Shown here piece after piece: positions 24,612 to 32,000 of a stretch of 32,000 nucleotides of DNA. The notes beneath the pieces were generated by a model. That model did no database searches and was not told the DNA's origin. It saw nothing but the letters and a program-made list of their open reading frames with translations. Origin of the DNA: Paraburkholderia acidipaludis NBRC 101816. Its GTDB lineage: Bacteria > Pseudomonadota > Gammaproteobacteria > Burkholderiales > Burkholderiaceae. A program made the translations under genes and the position numbers. The stretch spans positions 4,924 through 36,923 of the forward strand of contig NZ_BAXZ01000018.1 in the NCBI RefSeq assembly GCF_000684975.1. Direction: 5' to 3'. Every line of letters starts with the position of its first letter. Position 1 is the first letter of the stretch.

Positions 24612-25433
24612 TCATCTTTTTTGACAGAATTTAATTGTGTCAGTTATTGGTTTAATGCTTTTGGTGTCATCGCTCAATACGAATATTCTTTCTCTGCACT
24701 CTTCAGGAAGCGTAGTGGTCTGTTCGATATGGTACTGAGCAATCAGCATCTTGCTGTTGGCGCGACTAACAAGAGTGCTCGTATATTCATGGCTATCGGA
24801 TATTTTCTGGGAATGGCCGTCTGCGTTGGAGAAGATGTCCAGCGTACTTGAATCGGTCCCACTCGATAAGTCCGAGAGCGTGTAATATCTGCATCCAGCC
24901 CCACAACTATGAAGTCCGATGTAATATTTTCCTGCAAAATTGATCTCCAACGGAGCTACCAGTTTCCCCATATCATCTCGCCATCCATCGTCTGTTTTCT
25001 GATAATAATTCGGGATCTTCAATTGACCCTTATAAATTTCAGTTGTGTAGTCCGAGAATTTTGGTGGCACGCCTTTTTCAGCGACGCTCTTGTTGAGAGT
25101 CATCTTGCAATGCGTGTCGGATACACCATTCGGATCTTCTGCGCTTAAGAATGTCCAAACAGACATCTTCGGGTTGAATGCAATTGCCACTTTCCCATCA
25201 TCAGTCTGATAGAAATAACTGCCGCTTGTCGCAGGGTGTCGAACACCATTAATTGTTATTGATGCCCCGGGGTCGCGAGTGTCGATCGTGACCATTCCAT
25301 ATTGTCCGAAATTACAACTACAAGAATGACCTAATATTACCGCGTCTCCAGTAGAGTCAGCGAAGGTCGATGCCGGGTAGACTGCAATAAAAAATAATGC
25401 GAGGAAGGTCCAATTCAGCACTCTCTTTGCCAT
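24612..25433 (-). CDS. Secreted protein immediately downstream of the effector (putative cognate immunity protein)
   Basis: 273 aa. GAGGGT Shine-Dalgarno. Signal peptide MAKRVLNWTFLALFFIAVYPASTFA. Starts 39 nt after the effector stop. Low GC. Confidence 0.65.
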   Translation of the reverse strand: MAKRVLNWTFLALFFIAVYPASTFADSTGDAVILGHSCSCNFGQYGMVTIDTRDPGASITINGVRHPATSGSYFYQTDDGKVAIAFNPKMSVWTFLSAEDPNGVSDTHCKMTLNKSVAEKGVPPKFSDYTTEIYKGQLKIPNYYQKTDDGWRDDMGKLVAPLEINFAGKYYIGLHSCGAGCRYYTLSDLSSGTDSSTLDIFSNADGHSQKISDSHEYTSTLVSRANSKMLIAQYHIEQTTTLPEECRERIFVLSDDTKSIKPITDTIKFCQKR

Positions 25434-25472
25434 ATTACCCTCAATCTATTTTCATCGTGGTAAATGCTCGCC

Positions 25473-28370
25473 TTACGTGCCACTGCTCAAGCTAATCCGA
25501 TATGGCTCGGGGCGATATTTTTCCAATCCCGGTGTTGTTCCGTGGTAGTGGATGGCATTCCCCGTTCCATAGCGAGGTCCCGACAATGCATTTATCCAAG
25601 GCAAATTACTAGGCGATGAAAAGAAGGGATTCGCGTAATTCAAGTTAGTTCCAACGGAAGACTCAGCCCCATTGGCACGTTCACGCAAATAAGAATCGAC
25701 AATATCGTTGACTCGCTGGCTTATCGAGCTTACAGGGATTTGTTCAACTGATGATCGGCCGTGCTGGTTTCTAGCAATTGGTCCGCTAATATCAGAAAAC
25801 TGATTGTACTGGTTGACAACTTCCGAAACAGTACTTCCGAAATGATGGTTCGGTCCAAGCTGACCTGACGCTACGCGGTTCAATATCGTGTCGATGACTC
25901 CCTTCGCCTGCATGTCCCCTGCAAACTGCACCCACTCTGTCTGCAGAGTTTTCTTCAAATCGAGAACGTCTTTCGACGTCAAGATGAGAGTGTGAGCGGT
26001 ATCAGTGTTATTAAAAAAATTCCCCGCTAGTCCGATCGGATGGATATGCCACACCTCAGGATCTGAAGGATAACCCTTCACGGCTTTTGCCTGATCCCAC
26101 CATTGCAGCTTCTTGATCCGCTCCATCTCGGTTTTCCAGATGGGCTTTCCGGCGTCACCCATGATCGACAGGAGCTTTTCCCACTTGCTCATGTCGCCGC
26201 CCCACTCACTTTCGTAGCGGACGATCAAGTGTGAGACGGCTTCGGCCAACCACGGCACATTCAATGCGTTCTTCAGATCGGCCGGGATCACGTTCCCCTT
26301 GCCGCTACCCTGACGCTTCGCAGCCTGCTCAAGCTTTCCGATCAACAGCCCCGCATTTACTGTCGCTGCGACAACGCGAAACTCCTCTTCTTCGCCGTCG
26401 AGCAGTTGCTTCACTTCGTAAAGGTTGCGCCGGTACATATCGAGCAGCGGAACGCTGGTCGTATCAACTGTATCGAATCCCGGCCACGACCACGGACTTT
26501 GCCACTCCGTATTGGGATGATTCTTTTCGCAGACCCAGCCGGAGATAGTATTACCGTCGGCATCACCGGCCGTGATGGACCACCATTGCGTACCCTGCTC
26601 GTCCACCGCCTTGCCCGAATCGAATAGCTGGTCAAGCTGGGCGCGAGAGAATACCTGTTGATATCCGACAGCCGCGGACTTCGCATTGGCTAGTAGCAGT
26701 GGAAAGTCTGTCCAGGTCCGCACCATCGAAGTGGCCGCCTTTCCCGCAAACTTGCGCTCGACCCACACCGGCTTGCCCACGGGTGTCCCCGTAGGGTGAC
26801 TAGCGTGATGGGCGTGGCCTTGCCCATGGCTGTGCGCGGCGGCTTGTGTCGGGTACTCGGTCGGCTGCACCTTTGCCCAGTTGCCCTTGCCGGGATCGCC
26901 CTTCGCGGGAACAAGCGTCTTACCGATAACCGTAGGGATGTTTTGTGGATCCGCAGGTTTGACAAGTTGTGCCCCCTGCTGGATCACCAGCATCGTCTTT
27001 CCACTGTCAGGGAGCTGCTTCGCGCGATCCTGACTCTTGCTGATGAAGTCCTTGATCTGCACCCCGGTGAAGACTTCGACATGAAGCATGGGACGCATCG
27101 GCTGGGGCGGTAAGATTTGAGCGTGCGTCGAGTTCTCGTACTCGCCCAGGTAGCCCACCACGTCCCCAGCTTTGACCGGATATGGCTTGTCGAGCACCAC
27201 TACCGTATCCAGCGGCTTCGGATCAACGACCGTATCGAGTTCATCGAGATTCACCCACCCCGTCGCAGCGCGCGGATCGGGTGTACCGCCGGCGACGGCA
27301 GCGACAGGTGTACCCGAGATGATCGTCGCGATCTGCGCCCAGCCGGATGTTGCGGTGCCTGTCACGCCGAGTTCGCCTCCACGCGGCAGCAATCCGATAA
27401 CCGTCCCTTTGACCCGGTCCAGAATGCGAACGCCCTGAGCGCTCTCCGGCGCACTTGCCGTGTTCCCTGCATCGCCCGACGGCAGGGCATATCGGAGCGT
27501 CGGCTTACTTTGCCATGTGAGCGCTTCCAGACTGCCAGGAGACGGACCCGCCGCAACGCTGTCGAGTGGCAGGCAGTTTTCGAACTCTCCCGCCGAATCT
27601 GCATTGGTGGAATTCAGATCGAACCGGAATGGTGTGTTGAGCTGCGGGGGTTGCGCCTGGCGATCGTTAGCCTTGCTGCCGACGCGGTAGTGCTTGTCAC
27701 CCTCCCAGAATGGGAGTGAATGGATTGGGGACGCTGCCTGGCCGCTGCCGCTGGCTTCTGCTGCCTTATACCCTGCCCAATCGAGCTGGTGCATGTAGAG
27801 GCTGTAGAACTCCATCACCTCATCGGCGGGCGGCTGGTAAGCCTGCGGGGTGCTGGTGCCACCGGCGGATGCCCCAGAAGCGGGTGCTGCTGGCGTCGTC
27901 GAAGAAGCGCCTGACGCGCCTGCGGGCGTCGACGGCGAAGTTGAAGAGGTACCTGCCTTCTCAGGCGCAGGAGGTAACACAAGCTCATGACGCACCAGAA
28001 CAAACCCGGTGGAATACAGCGCGTAGCACGGTGGTGTTTTTGGATAGGTCAGTTCGGGATAGGTCGAATCCAGGCGATAGGCCACCACTTCGCCATCGGC
28101 AATGACCTTGACGCCATCGTCCTGCTTGAGCACGCCACCCGTGGCGGCATCGAAATGGATGCCACCATGAATCATTCCATTCGAGCCGAGCGGATAGAAG
28201 CCACCGTCCGCATTGGAGAGAGCCTTGAGCCAGGTCTGCGGGTCCGCCGGGTTGCCGCTCTTGGGCGCAAACGGAAAACTCCAGTTCAGGGGCTGCCACT
28301 GTGGTGGCGGCGGAGCGGTAGGTGCAGCCGGGGTCGCGGGATGCTTGGGGTGGCCGTTATGTTTCGTCAT
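25473..28370 (-). CDS. T6SS cargo effector: interrupted M23/LytM-like domain plus C-terminal SleB-like (Hydrolase_2) cell-wall hydrolase domain
   Basis: 965 aa, starting 17 nt after the vgrG stop. M23-like pieces are GFYPLGSNGMIHGGIHFD..VKVIADGEVV, EFYSLYMHQL and VKAGDVVGYLGEYE..MLHVEVF. The SleB-like motif is AKGVIDTILNRVASGQ...VSEVVNQYNQFSD. Confidence 0.75.
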   Translation of the reverse strand: MTKHNGHPKHPATPAAPTAPPPPQWQPLNWSFPFAPKSGNPADPQTWLKALSNADGGFYPLGSNGMIHGGIHFDAATGGVLKQDDGVKVIADGEVVAYRLDSTYPELTYPKTPPCYALYSTGFVLVRHELVLPPAPEKAGTSSTSPSTPAGASGASSTTPAAPASGASAGGTSTPQAYQPPADEVMEFYSLYMHQLDWAGYKAAEASGSGQAASPIHSLPFWEGDKHYRVGSKANDRQAQPPQLNTPFRFDLNSTNADSAGEFENCLPLDSVAAGPSPGSLEALTWQSKPTLRYALPSGDAGNTASAPESAQGVRILDRVKGTVIGLLPRGGELGVTGTATSGWAQIATIISGTPVAAVAGGTPDPRAATGWVNLDELDTVVDPKPLDTVVVLDKPYPVKAGDVVGYLGEYENSTHAQILPPQPMRPMLHVEVFTGVQIKDFISKSQDRAKQLPDSGKTMLVIQQGAQLVKPADPQNIPTVIGKTLVPAKGDPGKGNWAKVQPTEYPTQAAAHSHGQGHAHHASHPTGTPVGKPVWVERKFAGKAATSMVRTWTDFPLLLANAKSAAVGYQQVFSRAQLDQLFDSGKAVDEQGTQWWSITAGDADGNTISGWVCEKNHPNTEWQSPWSWPGFDTVDTTSVPLLDMYRRNLYEVKQLLDGEEEEFRVVAATVNAGLLIGKLEQAAKRQGSGKGNVIPADLKNALNVPWLAEAVSHLIVRYESEWGGDMSKWEKLLSIMGDAGKPIWKTEMERIKKLQWWDQAKAVKGYPSDPEVWHIHPIGLAGNFFNNTDTAHTLILTSKDVLDLKKTLQTEWVQFAGDMQAKGVIDTILNRVASGQLGPNHHFGSTVSEVVNQYNQFSDISGPIARNQHGRSSVEQIPVSSISQRVNDIVDSYLRERANGAESSVGTNLNYANPFFSSPSNLPWINALSGPRYGTGNAIHYHGTTPGLEKYRPEPYRISLSSGT

Positions 28371-28387
28371 GGTTTATTGCACCCCTG

Positions 28388-30712
28388 TCAGTTGGAATAG
28401 TGGTCCGCGCGATTCTGGGGAATCGTTCCGGTGCCGTGGGGCAGTATCGGATTGCTGTTCATCGACGCCGCGCCCTTCTTCTGGATCGTGATGACCTTGA
28501 AGAACAGGTCCGCAGGGCCACCCAGCGTGATGTTGCCGTCCTTGAGCTGGACGAACGCGCCACCGCACTCGAGAACCAGTTCGTTCTTCGCGCTGACGCG
28601 TACCGTGCCGTTGACGCTCGTCACCGACACATCCTGGTCGGCGAACATCGACATCGCGTCGCTCTGGGCCTGGATTTCGACAGGGCCTTTTGAGGCGAAG
28701 ATCTTGATGCCGAGCTTCTGTGCAAACAGGGAGAGCTTTTCGCCCGCTGCGACCGTGAAGCGCTTCACCACGCTCCAGTCGGCGTTTTTGCCCGCGGTGG
28801 CGGAGATGCTGCCCTCTGCGGCGAACTGCATGCCCTGGCCCGTCACGAGCGCGGCCGACGACGGCGTGCTCATCAGCATGCCCGGTTGCTTCAGGCCATC
28901 CAGATCGGTTTTGATCTGCTGCTGCGCATCGGTGTCGGCAGGCTCGGCCTTGGCGCTCGTCGCTGACGCGGCAAGTGCCTTCGCCGTGGCCAGCGCGCTT
29001 TCGAGCTGCGCGATGGTCTCCTGCATGTCGAGCTGCTTGCCGGTGGCGCCCGGCCGGTCCCAGGTCGTCAGATACAGACCCTTGCCTGCCCGATCCACCC
29101 CGTAGCCCGAGGTCCGCAGCTCGTAGCCCTCGCCGCGCTGCGTGAGCTTGCCATCGACCAGGTAGCCCATGTTCAGCTGGGTCTTGCCCGAGTGCTCGGT
29201 GGAGAGCTTGATGCCTTCCTGGCCCTTCCAGTCCTCCATGCGCAGCTTGTTGTTGCTCTGCGTGCGGATCGTGTTGCGCGAGAGCCAGCGACGATCGCTG
29301 GTGACGAGGTCGCGGGCCTGGCTATGATGGTGGAAGCCGCTGATTTCGGGCTTGTCCGGATCCCCATCTCTGAAGGTGATCTTGGCCTCGTCGTTATCCA
29401 GCGCGACGAAGTGCATGCCGGTCTGCAGCTTGCCGGCGAAGGGTTTGGCCAGCCGCAGCGGCACGCTCTCGCCGCCCTTGGGCCAGTCGCCGAAGTCGGC
29501 ATCGAGCCGCACGACGTAATAGCCCGCGGCGTTCAGGTAGCCATAGGTGTACTTGTCCGGGCTGCAGACCCGTGCCGACAGTGTGCCGGCGATTCTGGCC
29601 CATTTAGACGGCTCAAGCTGGAGCCTGAAACGCCGGTCGGCAGGGATCGCCTTGTACGAGTTCGAGTAGGGCTTGTCGCGCGCGCCGCGGTGCGTGATCT
29701 CCGTGATCACCTGACCTTGCGGTGCGTCCGGCAGCACGATATCGGTCTCGAGCACGCGCGCGCACTGCAGCGCGACGATATTGCTCTCGCCCTCGTACAC
29801 GATCTGGCGCGCGAGCACCACCTCGTGGCGCAGCTGCGCTTCCCACTTCGCGCCAGCCTGGTCCAGATGCCCGGTGCCGTAGATGTACGGCTGGCCGTAG
29901 GTGGTGGAATCTTGCGGCGCGACGTTGGCCTCATCCTTGAACCGCTCCCACGCGCTCTCGGGGTTGTAGTCCGCGACCATGTAGGACTGCGGCACGATCT
30001 CGGTGTGGGTCTTGAGCGTGCTGATCGCTTCCACGCCACCGGCTTCGAGGCCGGCCGCTTCGCGGTACGGCGCGATCAGTCTCGGGTCGTAAATGTAATG
30101 ATCGATGTCGTCGCCGAATACGATCTGGTCGCCGTACTCCGTCTCGACGACGTAGCAGTAGATGCCGGCCTTCTCCATGAGCATGTGCGCATAGTCGAAG
30201 TCGGTCATCTGGTACTGGAAGCGCCACAGCAACTTCGGATAGTTGCCGCGCAGGCGAAACAGCATCTGGTGCTCGCGGATGCCGTGCGCGCGCAGAAGCT
30301 TCTGGAGGATCTGGGGGATCGTGAGGTGCTGGAAGACCGCGGTGTTGGTGCGAGCCTTTAGGCGTGCGAAGTGCGACGTGAGGACCATCGCGTACTTCGT
30401 GTAGTCCCTGGTGGTCTGCACGGTCGACATGCGCCCGATGTAGCCGGAGAAGGTTCGCGGCACGCCGTCGTCGGGGACTATCTTGAAGCAGGCATCGCGA
30501 TTCAGATAGTCCGCGCGGGCGAGCTGGCCGGGGTGCGTCACCTCGATGGTGATGACGTTGGGCTCGCCCATCTTCTCGGTGGCGGTAAATGACACCACCG
30601 AGAGCTGCGCTGCGCTGTCGGTACCGGGCACCTCCAGAAAGTACGCCTGGCGGCCCGGGATGGTCGTCAGACTGGTTACGAACTGCCTCGCTTCGTCATA
30701 CAGGCTTGCCAT
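28388..30712 (-). CDS. vgrG: Type VI secretion spike protein VgrG (TssI)
   Basis: 774 aa. The N-terminal gp27-like and central gp5-like regions have typical VgrG sequence (FLEVPG...LSVVSFTATEKMGEP; ...GGAFVQLKDGNITLGGPADL). Confidence 0.9.
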   Translation of the reverse strand: MASLYDEARQFVTSLTTIPGRQAYFLEVPGTDSAAQLSVVSFTATEKMGEPNVITIEVTHPGQLARADYLNRDACFKIVPDDGVPRTFSGYIGRMSTVQTTRDYTKYAMVLTSHFARLKARTNTAVFQHLTIPQILQKLLRAHGIREHQMLFRLRGNYPKLLWRFQYQMTDFDYAHMLMEKAGIYCYVVETEYGDQIVFGDDIDHYIYDPRLIAPYREAAGLEAGGVEAISTLKTHTEIVPQSYMVADYNPESAWERFKDEANVAPQDSTTYGQPYIYGTGHLDQAGAKWEAQLRHEVVLARQIVYEGESNIVALQCARVLETDIVLPDAPQGQVITEITHRGARDKPYSNSYKAIPADRRFRLQLEPSKWARIAGTLSARVCSPDKYTYGYLNAAGYYVVRLDADFGDWPKGGESVPLRLAKPFAGKLQTGMHFVALDNDEAKITFRDGDPDKPEISGFHHHSQARDLVTSDRRWLSRNTIRTQSNNKLRMEDWKGQEGIKLSTEHSGKTQLNMGYLVDGKLTQRGEGYELRTSGYGVDRAGKGLYLTTWDRPGATGKQLDMQETIAQLESALATAKALAASATSAKAEPADTDAQQQIKTDLDGLKQPGMLMSTPSSAALVTGQGMQFAAEGSISATAGKNADWSVVKRFTVAAGEKLSLFAQKLGIKIFASKGPVEIQAQSDAMSMFADQDVSVTSVNGTVRVSAKNELVLECGGAFVQLKDGNITLGGPADLFFKVITIQKKGAASMNSNPILPHGTGTIPQNRADHYSN

Positions 30713-30981
30713 TTTTGTTCGCTCCTCACCTGATCAGCACTGCTTCGGAAATGCTTTCGGCGTCGTCGCGCACAAACGATGACTGCGCACGCAACGGCTA
30801 TTTTGGGCGAGGACATTATGCCGATTCAAACCGCGCGTGAATCGATGAAGATTCCATCAGGCAACATTGATTGCTCTTAATCAGAAAGTGGCAATCATTA
30901 GCTCTTGAATCTGGTTTTGAGATGGGCGGCGTGCTAAATATCACCGGCCAAGCGAAGCCGGGACAGATCAGGCATGGAACA
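30713..30981. promoter_or_regulatory. Divergent vgrG / tssC control region with two imperfect direct repeats
   Basis: 269-nt, lower-GC spacer between divergent start codons. ggcaacattgattgctcttaatc (from 30860) and ggcaatcattagctcttgaatc (from 30890) share GGCAA..CATT..GCTCTT..AATC, 30 nt apart. Confidence 0.4.
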
Positions 30982-32000
30982 ATGAGCGCAAGCGTCCAGA
31001 ACAGCACTCCGCGAGACCAGCAGACCACGATGGCCGGCACGCTCATGCCCGAGTGTGTGCGCGTGGACGCGCTACGCATCGATCACGATCTCGCTACCCT
31101 CGACCGGATGCTCGGCAGCCAGATCGACGCCATCCTCCATCACCCCGCGTTCCAGACGCTCGAATCAGGATGGCGGGGCCTGAAGTTCCTGGTCGACCGC
31201 ACGGACTTTCGCCAGAAGGTAAAGATCGAGGTCCTCGACGTCCCGAAGGAAACCCTGCGGCAGGACTTCGAGGACGCCCCCGATCTGACCCAGAGCGGCC
31301 TGTTCGTCCAGACGTACACACAGGAATACGACACGCCAGGGGCCTACCCCTTTGCCGCGATCATCGCAAACTACGAGTTCGACGCCGGCGCGCCGGACAT
31401 CGCGATGCTACGCAGTCTGTCAAAGGTAGCGGCCGCGGCACACATGCCATTTATCGGCGCGGTTTCACCGGAGTTCTTTGGCCGCGCATCGATGGAAGAG
31501 GTGACGGGGATACGTGACCTGCCCGGCTACTTCGAGCGCGCGGCCTATCTCAAATGGAAGGCGTTTCGGGAAACAGAGGATGCCCGCTATGTCGGACTCA
31601 CGCTGCCCCGGTTCCTCGCGCGGCTGCCGTACGGACCTGACACCTCCCCCGTGCGCGCGTTCAACTACACCGAGGATGTCCGCGGCGCTGGGAGCCGCGC
31701 GTTCGTGTGGGCAAACGCAGCGTTCGCCTTTGCCGTGAACCTGGTGAGAAGTTTCGTTCGCAATGGATGGTGTCTTCAGATCCGGGGCCCCCGTGCAGGC
31801 GGTATGATTCCCGATCTGCCCGTCCATCTTTACGATCTCGATACCAGTCGTCTGGGCAAGATTGCCACCGACGCGCTGATTCCCGAAACCCGTGAATTCG
31901 AATTCGCCGGGCTCGGCCTTATCGCGCTGTCGTACACCAGCAATCACGACTACGCGTGCTTTTACTCTGCGCATTCCACGCAGAAACCCGCTGTCTTCGA
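30982..32000 (+). CDS. tssC: Type VI secretion sheath large subunit TssC (VipB family), 3' end beyond the window
   Basis: My own translation; the gene is not in the ORF track because no stop occurs before the window end. It reads MSASVQNS...QIDAILHHPAFQTLESGWRGLKFLVDRTDFRQKVKIEVLDV...DARYVGLTLPRFLARLPY...GGMIPDLPVH, which closely parallels V. cholerae VipB. An alternative in-frame ATG lies at 30922. Confidence 0.85.
   Translation, partial: MSASVQNSTPRDQQTTMAGTLMPECVRVDALRIDHDLATLDRMLGSQIDAILHHPAFQTLESGWRGLKFLVDRTDFRQKVKIEVLDVPKETLRQDFEDAPDLTQSGLFVQTYTQEYDTPGAYPFAAIIANYEFDAGAPDIAMLRSLSKVAAAAHMPFIGAVSPEFFGRASMEEVTGIRDLPGYFERAAYLKWKAFRETEDARYVGLTLPRFLARLPYGPDTSPVRAFNYTEDVRGAGSRAFVWANAAFAFAVNLVRSFVRNGWCLQIRGPRAGGMIPDLPVHLYDLDTSRLGKIATDALIPETREFEFAGLGLIALSYTSNHDYACFYSAHSTQKPAVF

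Larger units (their letters stand above)
22650..26050. other. Low-GC cassette: effector C-terminal toxin domain plus array of secreted putative immunity genes
   Basis: A sampled line at 24061 is 35% GC, against 68% at 14641. The drop begins inside the 3' third of the effector gene and ends abruptly near 22650. Confidence 0.7.

Noticed and set aside
29192-30361. 389-aa plus-strand ORF opposite vgrG
   Set aside because: High-GC antisense artefact. The VgrG frame on the minus strand explains the region.
30860-30905. Sigma-54 promoters (GGCAAC-N-TTGC at 30860; TGGCAA-N-AGC at 30889)
   Set aside because: The GG-to-GC spacing is 11 and 9 nt respectively instead of the required 10. They are reported only as repeats.
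30816-31517. ORFs 30816-31079 (-), 31053-31517 (+), 31094-31334 (-) and later listed ORFs up to 31974
   Set aside because: They overlap the tssC frame or the control region out of frame, and their translations are Arg/Pro/Gly-rich. The unlisted tssC frame explains the sequence.

Overview
High-GC (sampled 60-nt lines about 65-68% GC) chromosomal segment that looks beta-proteobacterial (Burkholderia/Ralstonia-like; this is inference from composition and gene content). There are four blocks. (1) 1-2909: housekeeping genes, a 5'-truncated dbpA DEAD-box helicase and a convergent fused DhaK-DhaL dihydroxyacetone kinase. (2) 2910-11625: an apparent acquired segment. It opens with a 1.1-kb non-coding leader carrying an AT-rich stretch and a dense degenerate TGCTCC repeat/palindrome array. 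A tightly packed four-gene operon follows. Its first three products are colinear with E. coli MukF, MukE and MukB (the SMC is 1476 aa, MukB-sized). The fourth is a JetD/MksG-type Toprim protein, so this is a Wadjet/MksBEFG-class system that is unusually MukBEF-like. Its right edge abuts a lipoprotein tyrosine-phosphatase gene cut down to an N-terminal stub. (3) 12074-30712, minus strand: one long type VI secretion operon. In transcription order it reads vgrG, a 965-aa cargo effector (split M23-like domain plus C-terminal SleB-like cell-wall hydrolase), a low-GC (about 35-45%) array of secreted putative immunity genes, a small ORF, a 385-aa membrane protein coupled to tssM, tssM, tssF, tssG, tssJ, an OmpA-like lipoprotein, and a triple zinc-ribbon/HTH protein. 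The immunity array includes a truncated paralogue and a gene frameshifted in a (TA)4 tract. (4) 30982-32000: a divergently transcribed tssC that runs off the window. It is absent from the supplied ORF track because it has no stop codon in the window. No rRNA, tRNA, CRISPR array, integrase or transposase was found. Many long ORFs antisense to the T6SS genes are high-GC artefacts.
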